From positions 18,892 through 82,891 of IMG/VR virus record IMGVR_UViG_3300013280_000006: DNA of 64,000 nucleotides; one strand, written 5' to 3'. Position 1 is the stretch's first letter. Each line of letters starts with the position of its first letter. The DNA comes from a virus. Taxonomy: Duplodnaviria; Caudoviricetes. Made by a program: the position numbers and the translations under genes. The notes below the pieces were generated by a model. It did no database searches and was not told where the DNA came from. It saw only the letters and a list, made by a program, of their open reading frames with translations. Shown here piece by piece: positions 47,969-58,325 of the stretch.

Positions 47969-50088
47969 GATTGATATACCACTGCACGAACTGGAATAGA
48001 GTTTGGCAGACTAGTGGCTGTGTATCTTATGTAGTTTCCGATAGTGTCAGCACTTGAACTCCAGGAGTTCCAGTTAGTTCCGTCTGTCGAGTACTGCCAA
48101 GTGCCGTTTGCCGATCCGGCTACTGTGTCTGTCAGTACGGTTGTTCCATTATCCGCGTTCGTAATCTTTATAGTTAGATCAGGAATCGTGCCTCCCCACG
48201 TGGCTACCTGTCTCCATGCAAATATTCTTGAACTTACGTTAGATTTTGATACTGATGGATTATACCTAGAGTCAGTATTGTTATCTTCGTAGATAACACC
48301 TATGTTGTATACCCGCGCAGGTAGGCAGGTTAGCGAGATAGTTCTAAACTCAATCATAAACTGAATCGAGCTACCTGGGCTGGCACCACTTAAATCACCA
48401 GAGTCGTCAATAAGAAGCCATGACCCGGAATTATCGTTGATTCCAGAGGTTCTATAGTAAACACGCAAAGGATCTCCGGTTATACCTAGTGCGCTGTTGC
48501 CGTAAAAATCTCTATAGTTGCAGAACAGTCGATATAGTTTACTTGCGTTTGGAGTACTAAGTTCTGGTGTAATGATTCTTTGGTTTGTCGTAGCTGCGTA
48601 ATCCCAGTCAGCGCCGCAAGCCACTGCATACAACATATTTGTCTGTGCTGTGGTGCCGTTTTTACACAGATAGAATACCCCAGCCTCTGACCACACCGAA
48701 AAGGCTGTCACACCGATCGAAGGGTGCGCGACAGAGTTAGAGTCTGCCGTGGATTGGTCAATTTGCTTTGTATCGACCAGAAAAATCCTATCCACTGCCG
48801 ATGATACCGCATTATATTTAGTAATGTAGCTACGAACACCAGCAGCGCCCGAGCTCATAATGATAAAGCTGTCGATACTATCAGCGTAATCTACAGATTG
48901 GAGGGCACCCGTAGCGGCAAAAGTATTGGTTCCTCCTGGAGGAATTTCTACCATATTATCTGTTAGAAACGTAGTTGAGCCGTTCGTAATGCCGCTTTCA
49001 GCGCACCTATAGATACGAGTACTTGTGGTAAAGTAGAAACTCTTTACACCACTACCGGGACCGTGAGACGCTGTAATAATCCTACCGTTATTTGTCTGGG
49101 TGGCAGTACCAGTAAGCGTACCCGATGTACCGGTGGCAAAGGTGAATGCGGAAGTACTCTTCCCGCCCGACAATCCAGACAATGCAGCACGGAGATCATA
49201 CTTAAAGATTTTTGCAGTAGTTGTTCCGTCTAGTACCCAGCAGAAATGCGATGTCGTGCTTGACGTCGAGTCGATCCCAATACCAGCCGCTACAGTGTTT
49301 GTGACGGTTGCAGCGTCAGCCAGCCAATATATACCTCTAACGTTATCCGTTGCTGCAGCTTCGTTTATGTTTGTACCGATGGCAGCGAACAAACTGTAGT
49401 TGATGCCTTTCAACAGGAACAGCCCACCGTTTGTGGCGGTGGCGTTTGTGATCGCTGCGGCAAATCGTAGCTCCTCGATTACGTACGAAGTGCCAGCAGA
49501 GATGGTCCCTGCAGTTGCAGCCAAGGTAATAGAGGTGTCCGAACCAATGGCTGAAATCTCGTACCATGTACTGATTTGTGTCGGGTCAGTAGATCCGAAT
49601 CCAATTCTAGCGCCAACTGCAAGTCTGTTCGTAGACCACCCAGTGCCGGAACCTGTCACAGCCGTACCAGAAACAGCCACTGTTCCAGTAGAGAACGCCG
49701 TATACAATGCACGAAATCCACGGATAGTTTTGTTTCCGGTGATCGCCGAGAAGTTCATCGTGATGAAACCGCGCCACGAAAACGTACTCGTCGGAATGTC
49801 ATACTCATACATCACGATACGACGAGTCAATGCGGCGGCGCTGTTCTCTGCCAGAAATACCCAGTGTTTAGTGGAGGACCAAGGAATCACGTGGGGATAG
49901 GCACAGGCGATAGCAGTGGATTGCTCCATTGGCCTAGCCAGTGCGGTAGGCATGGGACCAGCGAACTTGTCAAGCTCGGTTGCTCCGGTACGCTGCTGCA
50001 TGAGAGTACCAAGTAGCGTCTTAGTCTTATCGTAAGACGAAATAGCTTGAGTTGTTCCTCGGAATCTGTGTTCAACAGCAGTTCTCAT
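47965..50088 (-). CDS. Ser/Thr-rich virion appendage protein (beta-rich)
   Basis: 707 aa between the two fibre genes; coupled start and stop. Confidence 0.65.
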   Translation of the reverse strand: MRTAVEHRFRGTTQAISSYDKTKTLLGTLMQQRTGATELDKFAGPMPTALARPMEQSTAIACAYPHVIPWSSTKHWVFLAENSAAALTRRIVMYEYDIPTSTFSWRGFITMNFSAITGNKTIRGFRALYTAFSTGTVAVSGTAVTGSGTGWSTNRLAVGARIGFGSTDPTQISTWYEISAIGSDTSITLAATAGTISAGTSYVIEELRFAAAITNATATNGGLFLLKGINYSLFAAIGTNINEAAATDNVRGIYWLADAATVTNTVAAGIGIDSTSSTTSHFCWVLDGTTTAKIFKYDLRAALSGLSGGKSTSAFTFATGTSGTLTGTATQTNNGRIITASHGPGSGVKSFYFTTSTRIYRCAESGITNGSTTFLTDNMVEIPPGGTNTFAATGALQSVDYADSIDSFIIMSSGAAGVRSYITKYNAVSSAVDRIFLVDTKQIDQSTADSNSVAHPSIGVTAFSVWSEAGVFYLCKNGTTAQTNMLYAVACGADWDYAATTNQRIITPELSTPNASKLYRLFCNYRDFYGNSALGITGDPLRVYYRTSGINDNSGSWLLIDDSGDLSGASPGSSIQFMIEFRTISLTCLPARVYNIGVIYEDNNTDSRYNPSVSKSNVSSRIFAWRQVATWGGTIPDLTIKITNADNGTTVLTDTVAGSANGTWQYSTDGTNWNSWSSSADTIGNYIRYTATSLPNSIPVRAVVYQS

Positions 50089-52616
50089 GTCTTACGTATC
50101 CTTAAAAATACCCATAACTTTGTTACCGTGCTAGCAGAGTCTACAACAAATTCTAACATATCGCCACTAGCTACTGTTGACCAAGTTGACAGCGAATTAT
50201 TTTGATTTTTGCTTTGGCTAGACAGTGTTGGTTTTTCTGATCCAGCGATCGAACTTGTAGTGGGGTAGTTTGCATAGGTTGCACGCTTCACATCTACAAC
50301 AGCTGATCCGCTTTGGTCCGCAATTACTGTCCAACCAATAATTGTGCCACTATACTCCATCTGTCGAATGCCTTTTATTCCAGTAGTAATAACTGCTTCA
50401 CCGCCATCAACTGCAAATCCAATCGTATCCTCGATCTGTGCCTTAATGTAGGAGTTGCCTCCGTCAATAACTACCGTACTATTGTCTACTTTTACCGCTG
50501 CAGTTATTGTATTTGCTCCATCGTTGTACGTGAAGTCAATGCTGGTTGAGTTAGTAAGCGCGCCACCAACGGAATCCTGCGCAGCCTCTGTGAAGTCGGA
50601 GATATCTGTAGAGGCATGCGTATGTGACGGCAGCTCTCCCGCAGAAATTGTGCCGACAGTAAAGTTACCACCAACTGAAGTCTGCTTAACAAATTGCCCT
50701 GTTCCACCAGTTGCGGAGAGGTTCGCTCCAGTACCACCTTTGCTGACTCCTATGTTGGTGGCGTTCCATGTGCCTGTCGCGATGGTACCTAGTGTAGTGA
50801 TGCTGGAGGATCCAGCCCAAGTAGACAAGGCAGTATTCTCTACATTTCCAAGACCAAGATTTGTTCTAGCGGTGGTTGCGTTATTAAGATCACTAAGGTT
50901 ATTTGCGGCTTGCAGCACCACAACAAACGAACCAGTGCCTCCGGTAGTGAATAGCAACGCTGAGTTATTCGTAGCAGGTGCGGCGTTCGGTAGCGTAAGT
51001 GTGTAGTTTGTTCCAGCATCTGCCCTTTGTATATTTGTGTAGTTGGTAGCATTGAGTGCCAACACAGACAATACACCGTATTGAACCCACGCACCAGGAG
51101 CTCCGAATATGCCAACCCCTGGCCCCAGGGTTAGTCCCCCGTCACCAGAAAAAGCCAAGTACGTATTGAGGTCATCACTGCTTCGAATCTGGAAAACAGT
51201 ATCCTCAACCTGAACTGCTCTTAGGACTAAAGCGATCTCGTTGACTGCCCCGGTAATTATGTTTCTAGTCGAATTAGCTGGTGTCTTAGAGATATATTGC
51301 GTATGGTCGTCGCCTGAAGTTAACCCAGACAGACCACTGTGCGCTGTAACTATTCCGGTAACGTTTATCGTCGTTCCGGACATGGATAGATTGGATCCGA
51401 GCGTAATTGCTGCAAGATCCCCAGAAGCTCCTCGTCCTAGTAACTGAGAGCTTCCAACGCTAATTTCTCCGTACACCCCGGAGCTTCCAGCGGCGCGTCC
51501 AAGAACAACGTTACCTGTGGAGGCGTTCTGAATTTTAGCGTAAGTTATTGTTCCGGTATCTATGGTCCATACTGATCCACTGGAGCTTACTGTAATATCG
51601 CCTTTATCGCCATCGGCAATAGTAGTTGATGGAATGTCGTACCAACCTTTTGTACCACTTCCGTTTGTACCGTAAAGTTTACTATTTCCTGGGCTCGCGC
51701 TGTCGCCAGTTAGCCGGAGTCCGCTTACGTCGGACGTAATCGACATTTGTGTACGAACGTCTCCGGTTATTTGTTGTCCGGATAATGTAAAGTCGATGGT
51801 GTTAGAGTCCAGCGCCGACGCTGCAACGTGTAGTCTGCTGTCATTTCCTTCACACACAGTGCCAGCTGAAGTTCCAAACGATACACTTAACGTTCGATTT
51901 GCAGATAAGTCACCACCGCCGGATAACCCTGTACCTGCAGTAATTGTTCGCGTGTTTGCTACAGCGTCCGTAATTCCGTAGCCACTAAGCGTAGTGGGTG
52001 TGCTTGTTATGTCGGTCCAGGTATGCGTATGCGATGTCTGGGCGACGCCTGTGATGGCGATTGTTAAGGTATTTGCGTTGTCATTGTAGGTAAGCGACAC
52101 GTTGCTACCAGAAACAAGTAAAGCCGCAACGCGATCATCTACTGACTCATTAAAGTCTGTAACTAATGAAGCTACCAGAGTAGTCCATTGAGTGTTGTAA
52201 TTTGTGTTGTCTATTTTTGTAAGAAATTGTCCGGTAGTTCCGCCAGATGCAACCCCGGGACCAGCCGGGCCAGTAGCTCCAGTATCTCCCTGTGGTCCAG
52301 TTGGACCTTGTGGTCCAGTTGCTCCAGCTGGTCCCTGTGGTCCCTGTGGCCCAGTATCTCCCTGTGGTCCGGTTGGACCTTGGGGTCCGGTTGGACCTTG
52401 CGGGCCAGTTTGTCCAGTTGGACCTTGCGGGCCAGTTTGTCCAGTTGGACCTTGCGGGCCAGTAGAGCCGCCTGCAGCAAACAGCTCCCAGTAAGTTTGC
52501 CAATTTGCTCCAGTGCCAGGTCTGTTAGATGTAGAAGAAACATGTGCCAACTTACAGATATAAGTTGACCCGTCAACATGAACTAATTCATTGACTTTAT
52601 AGTTTATCACTGCCAA
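50085..52616 (-). CDS. Collagen-containing fibre protein B
   Basis: CBM5/12-like N-terminus, about 24 GPX triplets, shares a roughly 160-aa block with fibre A. Confidence 0.8.
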   Translation of the reverse strand: MAVINYKVNELVHVDGSTYICKLAHVSSTSNRPGTGANWQTYWELFAAGGSTGPQGPTGQTGPQGPTGQTGPQGPTGPQGPTGPQGDTGPQGPQGPAGATGPQGPTGPQGDTGATGPAGPGVASGGTTGQFLTKIDNTNYNTQWTTLVASLVTDFNESVDDRVAALLVSGSNVSLTYNDNANTLTIAITGVAQTSHTHTWTDITSTPTTLSGYGITDAVANTRTITAGTGLSGGGDLSANRTLSVSFGTSAGTVCEGNDSRLHVAASALDSNTIDFTLSGQQITGDVRTQMSITSDVSGLRLTGDSASPGNSKLYGTNGSGTKGWYDIPSTTIADGDKGDITVSSSGSVWTIDTGTITYAKIQNASTGNVVLGRAAGSSGVYGEISVGSSQLLGRGASGDLAAITLGSNLSMSGTTINVTGIVTAHSGLSGLTSGDDHTQYISKTPANSTRNIITGAVNEIALVLRAVQVEDTVFQIRSSDDLNTYLAFSGDGGLTLGPGVGIFGAPGAWVQYGVLSVLALNATNYTNIQRADAGTNYTLTLPNAAPATNNSALLFTTGGTGSFVVVLQAANNLSDLNNATTARTNLGLGNVENTALSTWAGSSSITTLGTIATGTWNATNIGVSKGGTGANLSATGGTGQFVKQTSVGGNFTVGTISAGELPSHTHASTDISDFTEAAQDSVGGALTNSTSIDFTYNDGANTITAAVKVDNSTVVIDGGNSYIKAQIEDTIGFAVDGGEAVITTGIKGIRQMEYSGTIIGWTVIADQSGSAVVDVKRATYANYPTTSSIAGSEKPTLSSQSKNQNNSLSTWSTVASGDMLEFVVDSASTVTKLWVFLRIRKT
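52250..52463 (-). repeat. Collagen-like GPX coding repeat including near-perfect 27-nt tandem copies
   Basis: CCAGTTGGACCTTGCGGGCCAGTTTGT (plus-strand reading) nearly three times in tandem at 52387..52463. Confidence 0.9.
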
Positions 52617-53509
52617 TTACCTGTCCAGTTGATACCGGGTGTGTCAGGATAAGTGCTTGGAGTAGGATTCTCTGATAGGTTTGTTCCTGGAGTTTCGGCC
52701 ACCTCGTCTAGTTTATAGATTATGTGTGTAAATGGTAATTCAGACATTACGATACTATACGTAACTGGTAAATGGCGTACTTTTGATTTAACCGTACATG
52801 AATCAATGCGATAGCGTCTTCCGCTTGTACAGTCCAACCAAATGTCGTTACTTCTAGGAAAAGGGTAGGCCAGCCCGTTAGCTTGCACGACAAGAATATC
52901 CGAGGTCCCTTTTGCCCCGTCTACATCTTGATCTATTTTTTCAGTTTCTCCGGCAACAAATTCTAGCCAGTAAACAAATGGAGTATAGAACCCACCAGAA
53001 AATGCCGTGCCCATGCTTTCAACGGCGTTAGCATCAAGGACATCTCCGGTGTCTGGATCTATGATCGCAGCTGATCTAGAGATAGTCGGGGCCTCACCCC
53101 AGTTCTTACGTTTATACAGCAACCCTTTACTGCCAACAAATTTACGAAGACGCAGACACTCCTGTCTCTGCATTTCTCGAATCTTGAGTCTGTCAGTTCG
53201 ATCAGGACTTCCCCACGCAGGCTCTACATAGCTTAAATACGTGTCGGTACCGTTAGTCACACGAAGTCGGTAGAAAATCTTCTCACTAATAGCCCAAGCG
53301 CGTTGTCCAGTATCGAACAACTCAATCTGGCTAAAGTCATAGTTATTGATCGAGTTAACTATATTCCACTCGTCGTTTCCGCTTCTTGAGAACTCTAGAA
53401 ATAAAGTGTAGGTGCCAGCAGGAAGAGACTTAATGAGCTCGGAGAATTCCCAAGATATCAGAGTTAGAGACGGGGATTTTGGGTATACGGATACTCTGGA
53501 GAATAACAT
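52607..53509 (-). CDS. Head-closure / neck protein
   Basis: Position after the adaptor; TGFSGGFY-like [11 protein letters not shown] and [11 protein letters not shown]...RYRI motifs. Confidence 0.55.
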   Translation of the reverse strand: MLFSRVSVYPKSPSLTLISWEFSELIKSLPAGTYTLFLEFSRSGNDEWNIVNSINNYDFSQIELFDTGQRAWAISEKIFYRLRVTNGTDTYLSYVEPAWGSPDRTDRLKIREMQRQECLRLRKFVGSKGLLYKRKNWGEAPTISRSAAIIDPDTGDVLDANAVESMGTAFSGGFYTPFVYWLEFVAGETEKIDQDVDGAKGTSDILVVQANGLAYPFPRSNDIWLDCTSGRRYRIDSCTVKSKVRHLPVTYSIVMSELPFTHIIYKLDEVAETPGTNLSENPTPSTYPDTPGINWTGNWQ

Positions 53510-53512
53510 CTA

Positions 53513-54409
53513 TTACCATCCTGTTGTTCTTCCGCGCATTCCGCCAAATCCACCCATCGCGTTAAGCTCGACTTTCTTGTGCAGTACGAACTCACGATAG
53601 TCGTCCCAGTACTCCTTGCCTAGCTCGTGATAATACTTCCAGTTCGATGCATCATTTACAGAAACATTTCCACCTTGATATGGTAACCAGTTTCGTAGTT
53701 TATAGCGACTCACTTGCTTCAGCAGCAGTCCAATGACAGCAAGTGTCCAGTGATAGCGATAAGGGAAAGTTACATATGAATGCGCGCCGAGATCTGGTGG
53801 CGTCTCGTTCCAGTAGTCCACCGCTTTCTTGATGGCGTAAAATATTTCCTTATCCGTATATTCATAGTCATCCAACAAAAAGTTAGCCGCTGGACATTCA
53901 TCACGAAGCGCAAGCCGAACTTCAGCAATGCTCAATGGATACGGCGTAGAAGTTAGAATGTTATTAGGGGTTATCTCCAAGAACATTCGCTGTACGTAAA
54001 CAGGGTAGACAGCCGCAGGATCAAAGTTATCATGAGGCTCAGGAATTCCAGATTCTGTCTCTGTAGTTGGGTTGTAGGATTGTTCTGCTTTTTCTTGGTA
54101 CATAACCAAGTCAGCTAAAAACAATCCAGGGTGCTGGACATCTTTATCGCGGAATGAAACTACAAAATCATTAGTACCATCACGCCGAGCATACACAGTC
54201 CGCACGGTGGTTGTCTGATAGTAGTCTCTGAACAGAAGACGAGCAGAAAGATTAAGACTGGCAGGTATGTCGTCTAGACGAGGATCCGCGATGTAAATAA
54301 CTACATCACCTGGAACACCTGCGTCTGTACGAATAACCTGCCAGTCTTTTGGGCACTGAGCGTCAGACGAACCACGAGCTGCCGGACTCGAATCGTAAGG
54401 TGAACACAA
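53513..54409 (-). CDS. Head-tail adaptor (neck) protein with N-terminal Ig-like domain
   Basis: LSIAEVRLALRD...NFLLDDYEYTDKEI...AVDYWNETPP pattern. Confidence 0.65.
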   Translation of the reverse strand: MCSPYDSSPAARGSSDAQCPKDWQVIRTDAGVPGDVVIYIADPRLDDIPASLNLSARLLFRDYYQTTTVRTVYARRDGTNDFVVSFRDKDVQHPGLFLADLVMYQEKAEQSYNPTTETESGIPEPHDNFDPAAVYPVYVQRMFLEITPNNILTSTPYPLSIAEVRLALRDECPAANFLLDDYEYTDKEIFYAIKKAVDYWNETPPDLGAHSYVTFPYRYHWTLAVIGLLLKQVSRYKLRNWLPYQGGNVSVNDASNWKYYHELGKEYWDDYREFVLHKKVELNAMGGFGGMRGRTTGW

Positions 54410-54420
54410 GGATCAGTTCC

Positions 54421-55359
54421 TTAAAGCCCTAATTGGTCTTTCAACTTCGTAACTACTTTCTTCACTGGCGCACCGGTTTCGTCTGCAGCTTCAGCGATCT
54501 TTTCCTTGACGGGGGTTGCCGCATCTCCAGCCTCTTCTACACCCTGTACAACAGTTTTTAGTACTTCAGTATTTCTCTTGGCAATAAATACATACCACAC
54601 GAAGAAGCCAGCAGCAACAAGCAACGCCAAGAACACCAACAAGAACACCCACGGGTAGGTTTCGACCAGAACACCTACTGCTGCGCACAGCACAGCGCCG
54701 CCCAGCAAGCACACAGCAAGAGTGGTCTGTTTCAACCAGAAGGCAAACGCTGCTCCAACGACCATAAGCAGCGCGAACACATACGCGATCCACATGCTGG
54801 CTTTCTTTGTAGCAAATACAGCGGCAAAGTTCGAAGACCCGCCGGATCCGTCGCCAATGCCGTCTAGATTAGCCTCTGGTGCATTTGTCTTAAAAGATGG
54901 CACAATTTCAGAGTTGTCTGTTTTTAGCCCGGCCCCCTTAGATTCAGCACTAGACTTGTCAGAACGCTTCTCGGCACCTTTTTGATCTTTCTCGTGGTAC
55001 CGCAACTGCACGGTAGATCCTTCGGGTGCAACAATCTTCTTGCCATCAAATTCCACCACCACCGGATCCGCAATTGCTGTCTCGGCTAAAGCCTCATCAA
55101 AAATATCGTTAAGAACCAAATCAAGTGGAATCTCGGATTGTGGCGTATTTTCTTTTTGCGGTGCAGGAGCTGGCTGGGGCTTATGACCAGGAGGATATAC
55201 GTTGACCTCAATCACACGCTCATTGTTATCCGGAAATTTATCAAATACCGAAGATCGCTCGATCTTGGTGGTCGCCGGACTAATCTCAGTGTTGTGCGTT
55301 CCACAGCCAGAAAAAAGTAAGCAACTGATCAATAAACCACCGAGACATAGAGACTTCAT
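54421..55359 (-). CDS. Lipoprotein with three C-terminal transmembrane helices (spanin/holin-like?)
   Basis: Signal peptide with lipobox LFSG-C19; three hydrophobic segments at about residues 189-258. Confidence 0.6.
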   Translation of the reverse strand: MKSLCLGGLLISCLLFSGCGTHNTEISPATTKIERSSVFDKFPDNNERVIEVNVYPPGHKPQPAPAPQKENTPQSEIPLDLVLNDIFDEALAETAIADPVVVEFDGKKIVAPEGSTVQLRYHEKDQKGAEKRSDKSSAESKGAGLKTDNSEIVPSFKTNAPEANLDGIGDGSGGSSNFAAVFATKKASMWIAYVFALLMVVGAAFAFWLKQTTLAVCLLGGAVLCAAVGVLVETYPWVFLLVFLALLVAAGFFVWYVFIAKRNTEVLKTVVQGVEEAGDAATPVKEKIAEAADETGAPVKKVVTKLKDQLGL

Positions 55360-55361
55360 GT

Positions 55362-55775
55362 TTAGTCCTTTCTAGTTGGATCTTTCTCAATCAAAACCTT
55401 CAGTCTCTCTAGCTGAAGTTCGATTCGTTGAAAGCGAGAGTCGAACTCTCTAAGGAGTCTATCATACGCGGCATTTTGCTTATCAGCAATATCGTTCAAT
55501 CTTTTTAAAGTATCGGCTTGAGTTACGAAGATCTGCTCTAGCCGTACAATGCGTTCTTGTGTTTGAAGCTGCGTAGTAAGATCTTGTTCGTATTTTTTCT
55601 GCAGCTCTTGAACTTGATACTGCAACAAGCTGACCTCTGACCTTGCTGTGATGATACCGCCACCAGCGCCAATCACAGCTGAGATCAGATACGGTAATAC
55701 CACCATAAAAAGTTTGACCGCGACACTTTGTTCGCGGTCATTAACTTTAAGCGTATTGTTAGCTTCTTCGCTCAT
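55362..55775 (-). CDS. Membrane-anchored coiled-coil protein (i-spanin- or holin-like)
   Basis: N-terminal TM helix followed by a long heptad region. Confidence 0.5.
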   Translation of the reverse strand: MSEEANNTLKVNDREQSVAVKLFMVVLPYLISAVIGAGGGIITARSEVSLLQYQVQELQKKYEQDLTTQLQTQERIVRLEQIFVTQADTLKRLNDIADKQNAAYDRLLREFDSRFQRIELQLERLKVLIEKDPTRKD

Positions 55776-55812
55776 AGTAGTCTAAACCCAAATGTGTATG
55801 CGAACTAGCATA

Positions 55813-56139
55813 TTAGCTATTGAGGGATTTCAGGGCCTCTGCCAACTTAGTTGTAGCTGCAACATTCTTGACAGCATTTACATTCGTTGGCGGTGTTACT
55901 TTCTTCTCCAAATAGTTTGCGCGCTTGACCATCTCATTGAGTGGGTTTACTCGGTTGGCAGCCGCTGCTTGCTTTGTGCTCTCGATCAGCTCTACCATCT
56001 TAAGCGCGTCGACGAGTTCAGCTTCTGTACTGATAGGGGGCAATCCAACAGAGGCAACTTTCTCATTGTACCGCTGTACAAGAGTCGGGATGTAGATCTC
56101 GCGGAATACCTTGTCCTGAAATTGTGCTCCTTTTTCCAT
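55813..56139 (-). CDS. Small head-associated protein
   Basis: 108 aa downstream of the MCP; EKVAS, TKQAA, VKRAN, TKLAE motifs. Confidence 0.7.
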   Translation of the reverse strand: MEKGAQFQDKVFREIYIPTLVQRYNEKVASVGLPPISTEAELVDALKMVELIESTKQAAAANRVNPLNEMVKRANYLEKKVTPPTNVNAVKNVAATTKLAEALKSLNS

Positions 56140-56144
56140 TTAAA

Positions 56145-56318
56145 TTACCCTTTCTTAGAGACGCGTCGTTTTGTCGGCGTTCCCTTGATTGCTTTCCATA
56201 CTCGCATGCTCCAAGTCTGGATGGCTGTACCAACTGTACGGATGCCGCCCCAGACTTTTAGAGCGCCTAGCTTAATCAACGTACCTACGTTTTTAACGCT
56301 ATTCCAAATCGTGTTCAT
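56145..56318 (-). CDS. 57-aa cationic amphipathic peptide
   Basis: MNTIWNSVKNVGTLIKLGALKVWGGIRTVGTAIQTWSMRVWKAIKGTPTKRRVSKKG; fills the gap after the MCP terminator. Confidence 0.45.
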   Translation of the reverse strand: MNTIWNSVKNVGTLIKLGALKVWGGIRTVGTAIQTWSMRVWKAIKGTPTKRRVSKKG

Positions 56319-56350
56319 AAAAATGGTGAGCGGATTTCTCCGCCCACCAT
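56319..56350 (-). terminator. Rho-independent terminator after the major capsid gene
   Basis: 11-bp stem ATGGTGGGCGG/CCGCTCACCAT (one G-U) plus TTTT, 8 nt after the MCP stop. Confidence 0.75.
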
Positions 56351-56358
56351 CGTTGGGT

Positions 56359-57303
56359 TTACAGGGACGAACCGTTGTTGAATGTCTGCCGGGCAACGCC
56401 AGCCACGTTGCCGATCGCAGCACCCAAGCACTCGTACGCGAAGAACTCGATCATGAACGCTTCACGCTTCATATGCATCGTAGTGTCTTCCAGGATGAAG
56501 AACTTACCGAGGAACTTCGGCTCTGCGAAGTAGAAGATGTTGTCGTTCTTAACCAAGTCTTGCTTGATTGTAACGATGAACTTCACACCTAGCAACATCT
56601 GCTCAGTGAAACCCTTCAAGAACATGTCCTGAGCAAGATCGCCACCGATCTCGTCACGCCGGAACTTGAGCACGTCCTTGATCGTGATGTTATTCACGAG
56701 TGCGGTCGCAGTCTCCAGACGGTTAGGAGTGGACGGCATAATCTTGAGCGAATCTACCAGAGACTCGCGCGTGATTTCATCTGCCGACAACTTCCACTGA
56801 ACTGTGCCGGTTTCCGTCACAGTTCCGTTCGGAGTTCCGCCCAGGGCGTTTACTGCTGCGTAAAGGAACTTGCCGTCCTCTTCAGCCAATAGATCCTTGA
56901 TTGCGTTGTCCGAAATAACCTGACGAACGTCCATGTGGTACGTACGAAGCTCTTCCACGTCCTTGTTGAACTTGGGAGTCATCATACGTGCGAACATGAC
57001 GCGGTAGCGAGGTGCCCGAATGTACCGACCGATCGGGTTCGTAGCAAAGGGTACCGTGATCGCCGCTGGCGAGCCAGGTTCTTTGTCTACGATCTTCACG
57101 GGCTTATCGGTATCCACCGAACGATCAATCTCGTCATTGCTGAGAGGGATCGGCGGCAGAATCTTACGAGCAAAACCGTCTTCACGCATCTTTACACGGG
57201 TGAACTCGTTCACCGTGTCAGCTGCTTCCTTAACCATGACAGGATCGTTGGACAGCACGTGGTCCAAGAAGCCTGCATTCGTGATTTTTCCATTATCGAT
57301 CAT
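56359..57303 (-). CDS. Major capsid protein (HK97 fold, encapsulin-like subtype)
   Basis: 314 aa; MREDGFARKILPP, TPKFNKDVEEL, AEEDGKF motifs; strong SD, own terminator, follows scaffold and decoration genes. Confidence 0.85.
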   Translation of the reverse strand: MIDNGKITNAGFLDHVLSNDPVMVKEAADTVNEFTRVKMREDGFARKILPPIPLSNDEIDRSVDTDKPVKIVDKEPGSPAAITVPFATNPIGRYIRAPRYRVMFARMMTPKFNKDVEELRTYHMDVRQVISDNAIKDLLAEEDGKFLYAAVNALGGTPNGTVTETGTVQWKLSADEITRESLVDSLKIMPSTPNRLETATALVNNITIKDVLKFRRDEIGGDLAQDMFLKGFTEQMLLGVKFIVTIKQDLVKNDNIFYFAEPKFLGKFFILEDTTMHMKREAFMIEFFAYECLGAAIGNVAGVARQTFNNGSSL

Positions 57304-57340
57304 ATTTATTCCTTCCTATGAGGTTTATTCTACTGAACTA

Positions 57341-57910
57341 TTAGGCGTTGATCGGAACGTAGGCGAGGAAGAGCCGGAGCAGCTTCTTCGAGCTGTCGTG
57401 TGGGGAGTTTACCGTACCATCCGAGTTTGGTCCGTCGCTGACTACGCCGCAGATGGTCGACGCACCAGAGACATACTTAGTCCACTTTCCATCCGAGTCG
57501 GAAATCAACATCTCACCAGGAACATAAGTTGCTGCAACGTACTCCGTTGTCTCAACTTCTGCCGAGGTGCAGGTTGCGATACCCATAGGACGCCCACGCA
57601 GAACACCCTGAGGTGCAGCGCCTACCATGTTGCCGTCATCGCCCACTACGTCAAAGTCACTGCCGTTCTGAAACAGAACAAACGGCATTGGGTGCTTTGT
57701 CGTAGTAATGGTTCCGAGACCCAGAATAAAACGCTTAGAGGTTGGATCGATGGTCACAACGCGTCCAGCCTTAACCTTTGCAAGGTTCGTCGGGCTGTCC
57801 ATGATCGTGCTATCCAAGTCCACCGCCTTATCCACAACCCACGGCATCGCAGGGTACAGACCCTTCGTACCGTTGAGTTCGCTATCAAACATTTGTGCTG
57901 GCTTAGCCAT
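57341..57910 (-). CDS. Capsid decoration / cement-like protein
   Basis: 189 aa directly upstream of the MCP; beta-rich, EVETTEY...PGEML pattern; AGGAG SD. Confidence 0.6.
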   Translation of the reverse strand: MAKPAQMFDSELNGTKGLYPAMPWVVDKAVDLDSTIMDSPTNLAKVKAGRVVTIDPTSKRFILGLGTITTTKHPMPFVLFQNGSDFDVVGDDGNMVGAAPQGVLRGRPMGIATCTSAEVETTEYVAATYVPGEMLISDSDGKWTKYVSGASTICGVVSDGPNSDGTVNSPHDSSKKLLRLFLAYVPINA

Positions 57911-57939
57911 TGAAAAAATCTCCTATTTACAAGTTCGAA

Positions 57940-58296
57940 TTAGTTCGAACGATTTACACCGAAACGAGCTTCCCAAATCTTATCCGACTCTTTCCGATCA
58001 TCTGCAGTGGCCTTTGCGCTTGCGGCTTTGCCCATTGAAGTGACCTTGTTAGTCGATTCACTTACGAGTCTGTCAATTACGCTGGCAAACTTGGCTACAC
58101 CACCAGCCGCCAGTTCCTTTGCTTGGTCTGCTACTCTCTCTTTAGCGATCAACCCAGCGGCTGCTAACTTCTCAGCCACAGCCTGAGCACTGGCCTTGAT
58201 CTGATTATCAATATTTTGCAGACGCTCTAACTCAGGACCAGCTGCGTTTACGAAGCTGGCGACCTTCATTAGCATTTGTCCCTGTGTTGCATCCAT
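57940..58296 (-). CDS. Small scaffold-like helical protein
   Basis: Ala-rich with K-x-A motifs; basic C-terminal motif. Confidence 0.6.
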   Translation of the reverse strand: MDATQGQMLMKVASFVNAAGPELERLQNIDNQIKASAQAVAEKLAAAGLIAKERVADQAKELAAGGVAKFASVIDRLVSESTNKVTSMGKAASAKATADDRKESDKIWEARFGVNRSN

Positions 58297-58325
58297 ATGA
58301 ATATTCCTTACAACAATCTTACTAG

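Noticed and set aside
45445-51006. Plus-strand ORFs opposite the fibre genes (45445..46023, 49400..49900, 50455..51006)
   Set aside because: Val/Pro-rich mirror translations of Thr/Gly-rich genes.
46655-51341. Diversity-generating retroelement TR/VR pair in the shared fibre block or in the 14858/15614 paralogs
   Set aside because: Copies differ at all four bases, mostly at synonymous sites rather than specifically at adenines, and no reverse transcriptase is in the window.
54421-56318. Endolysin in the putative lysis region
   Set aside because: No amidase, muramidase or peptidase motifs were recognised, so the lysis-module calls remain tentative.
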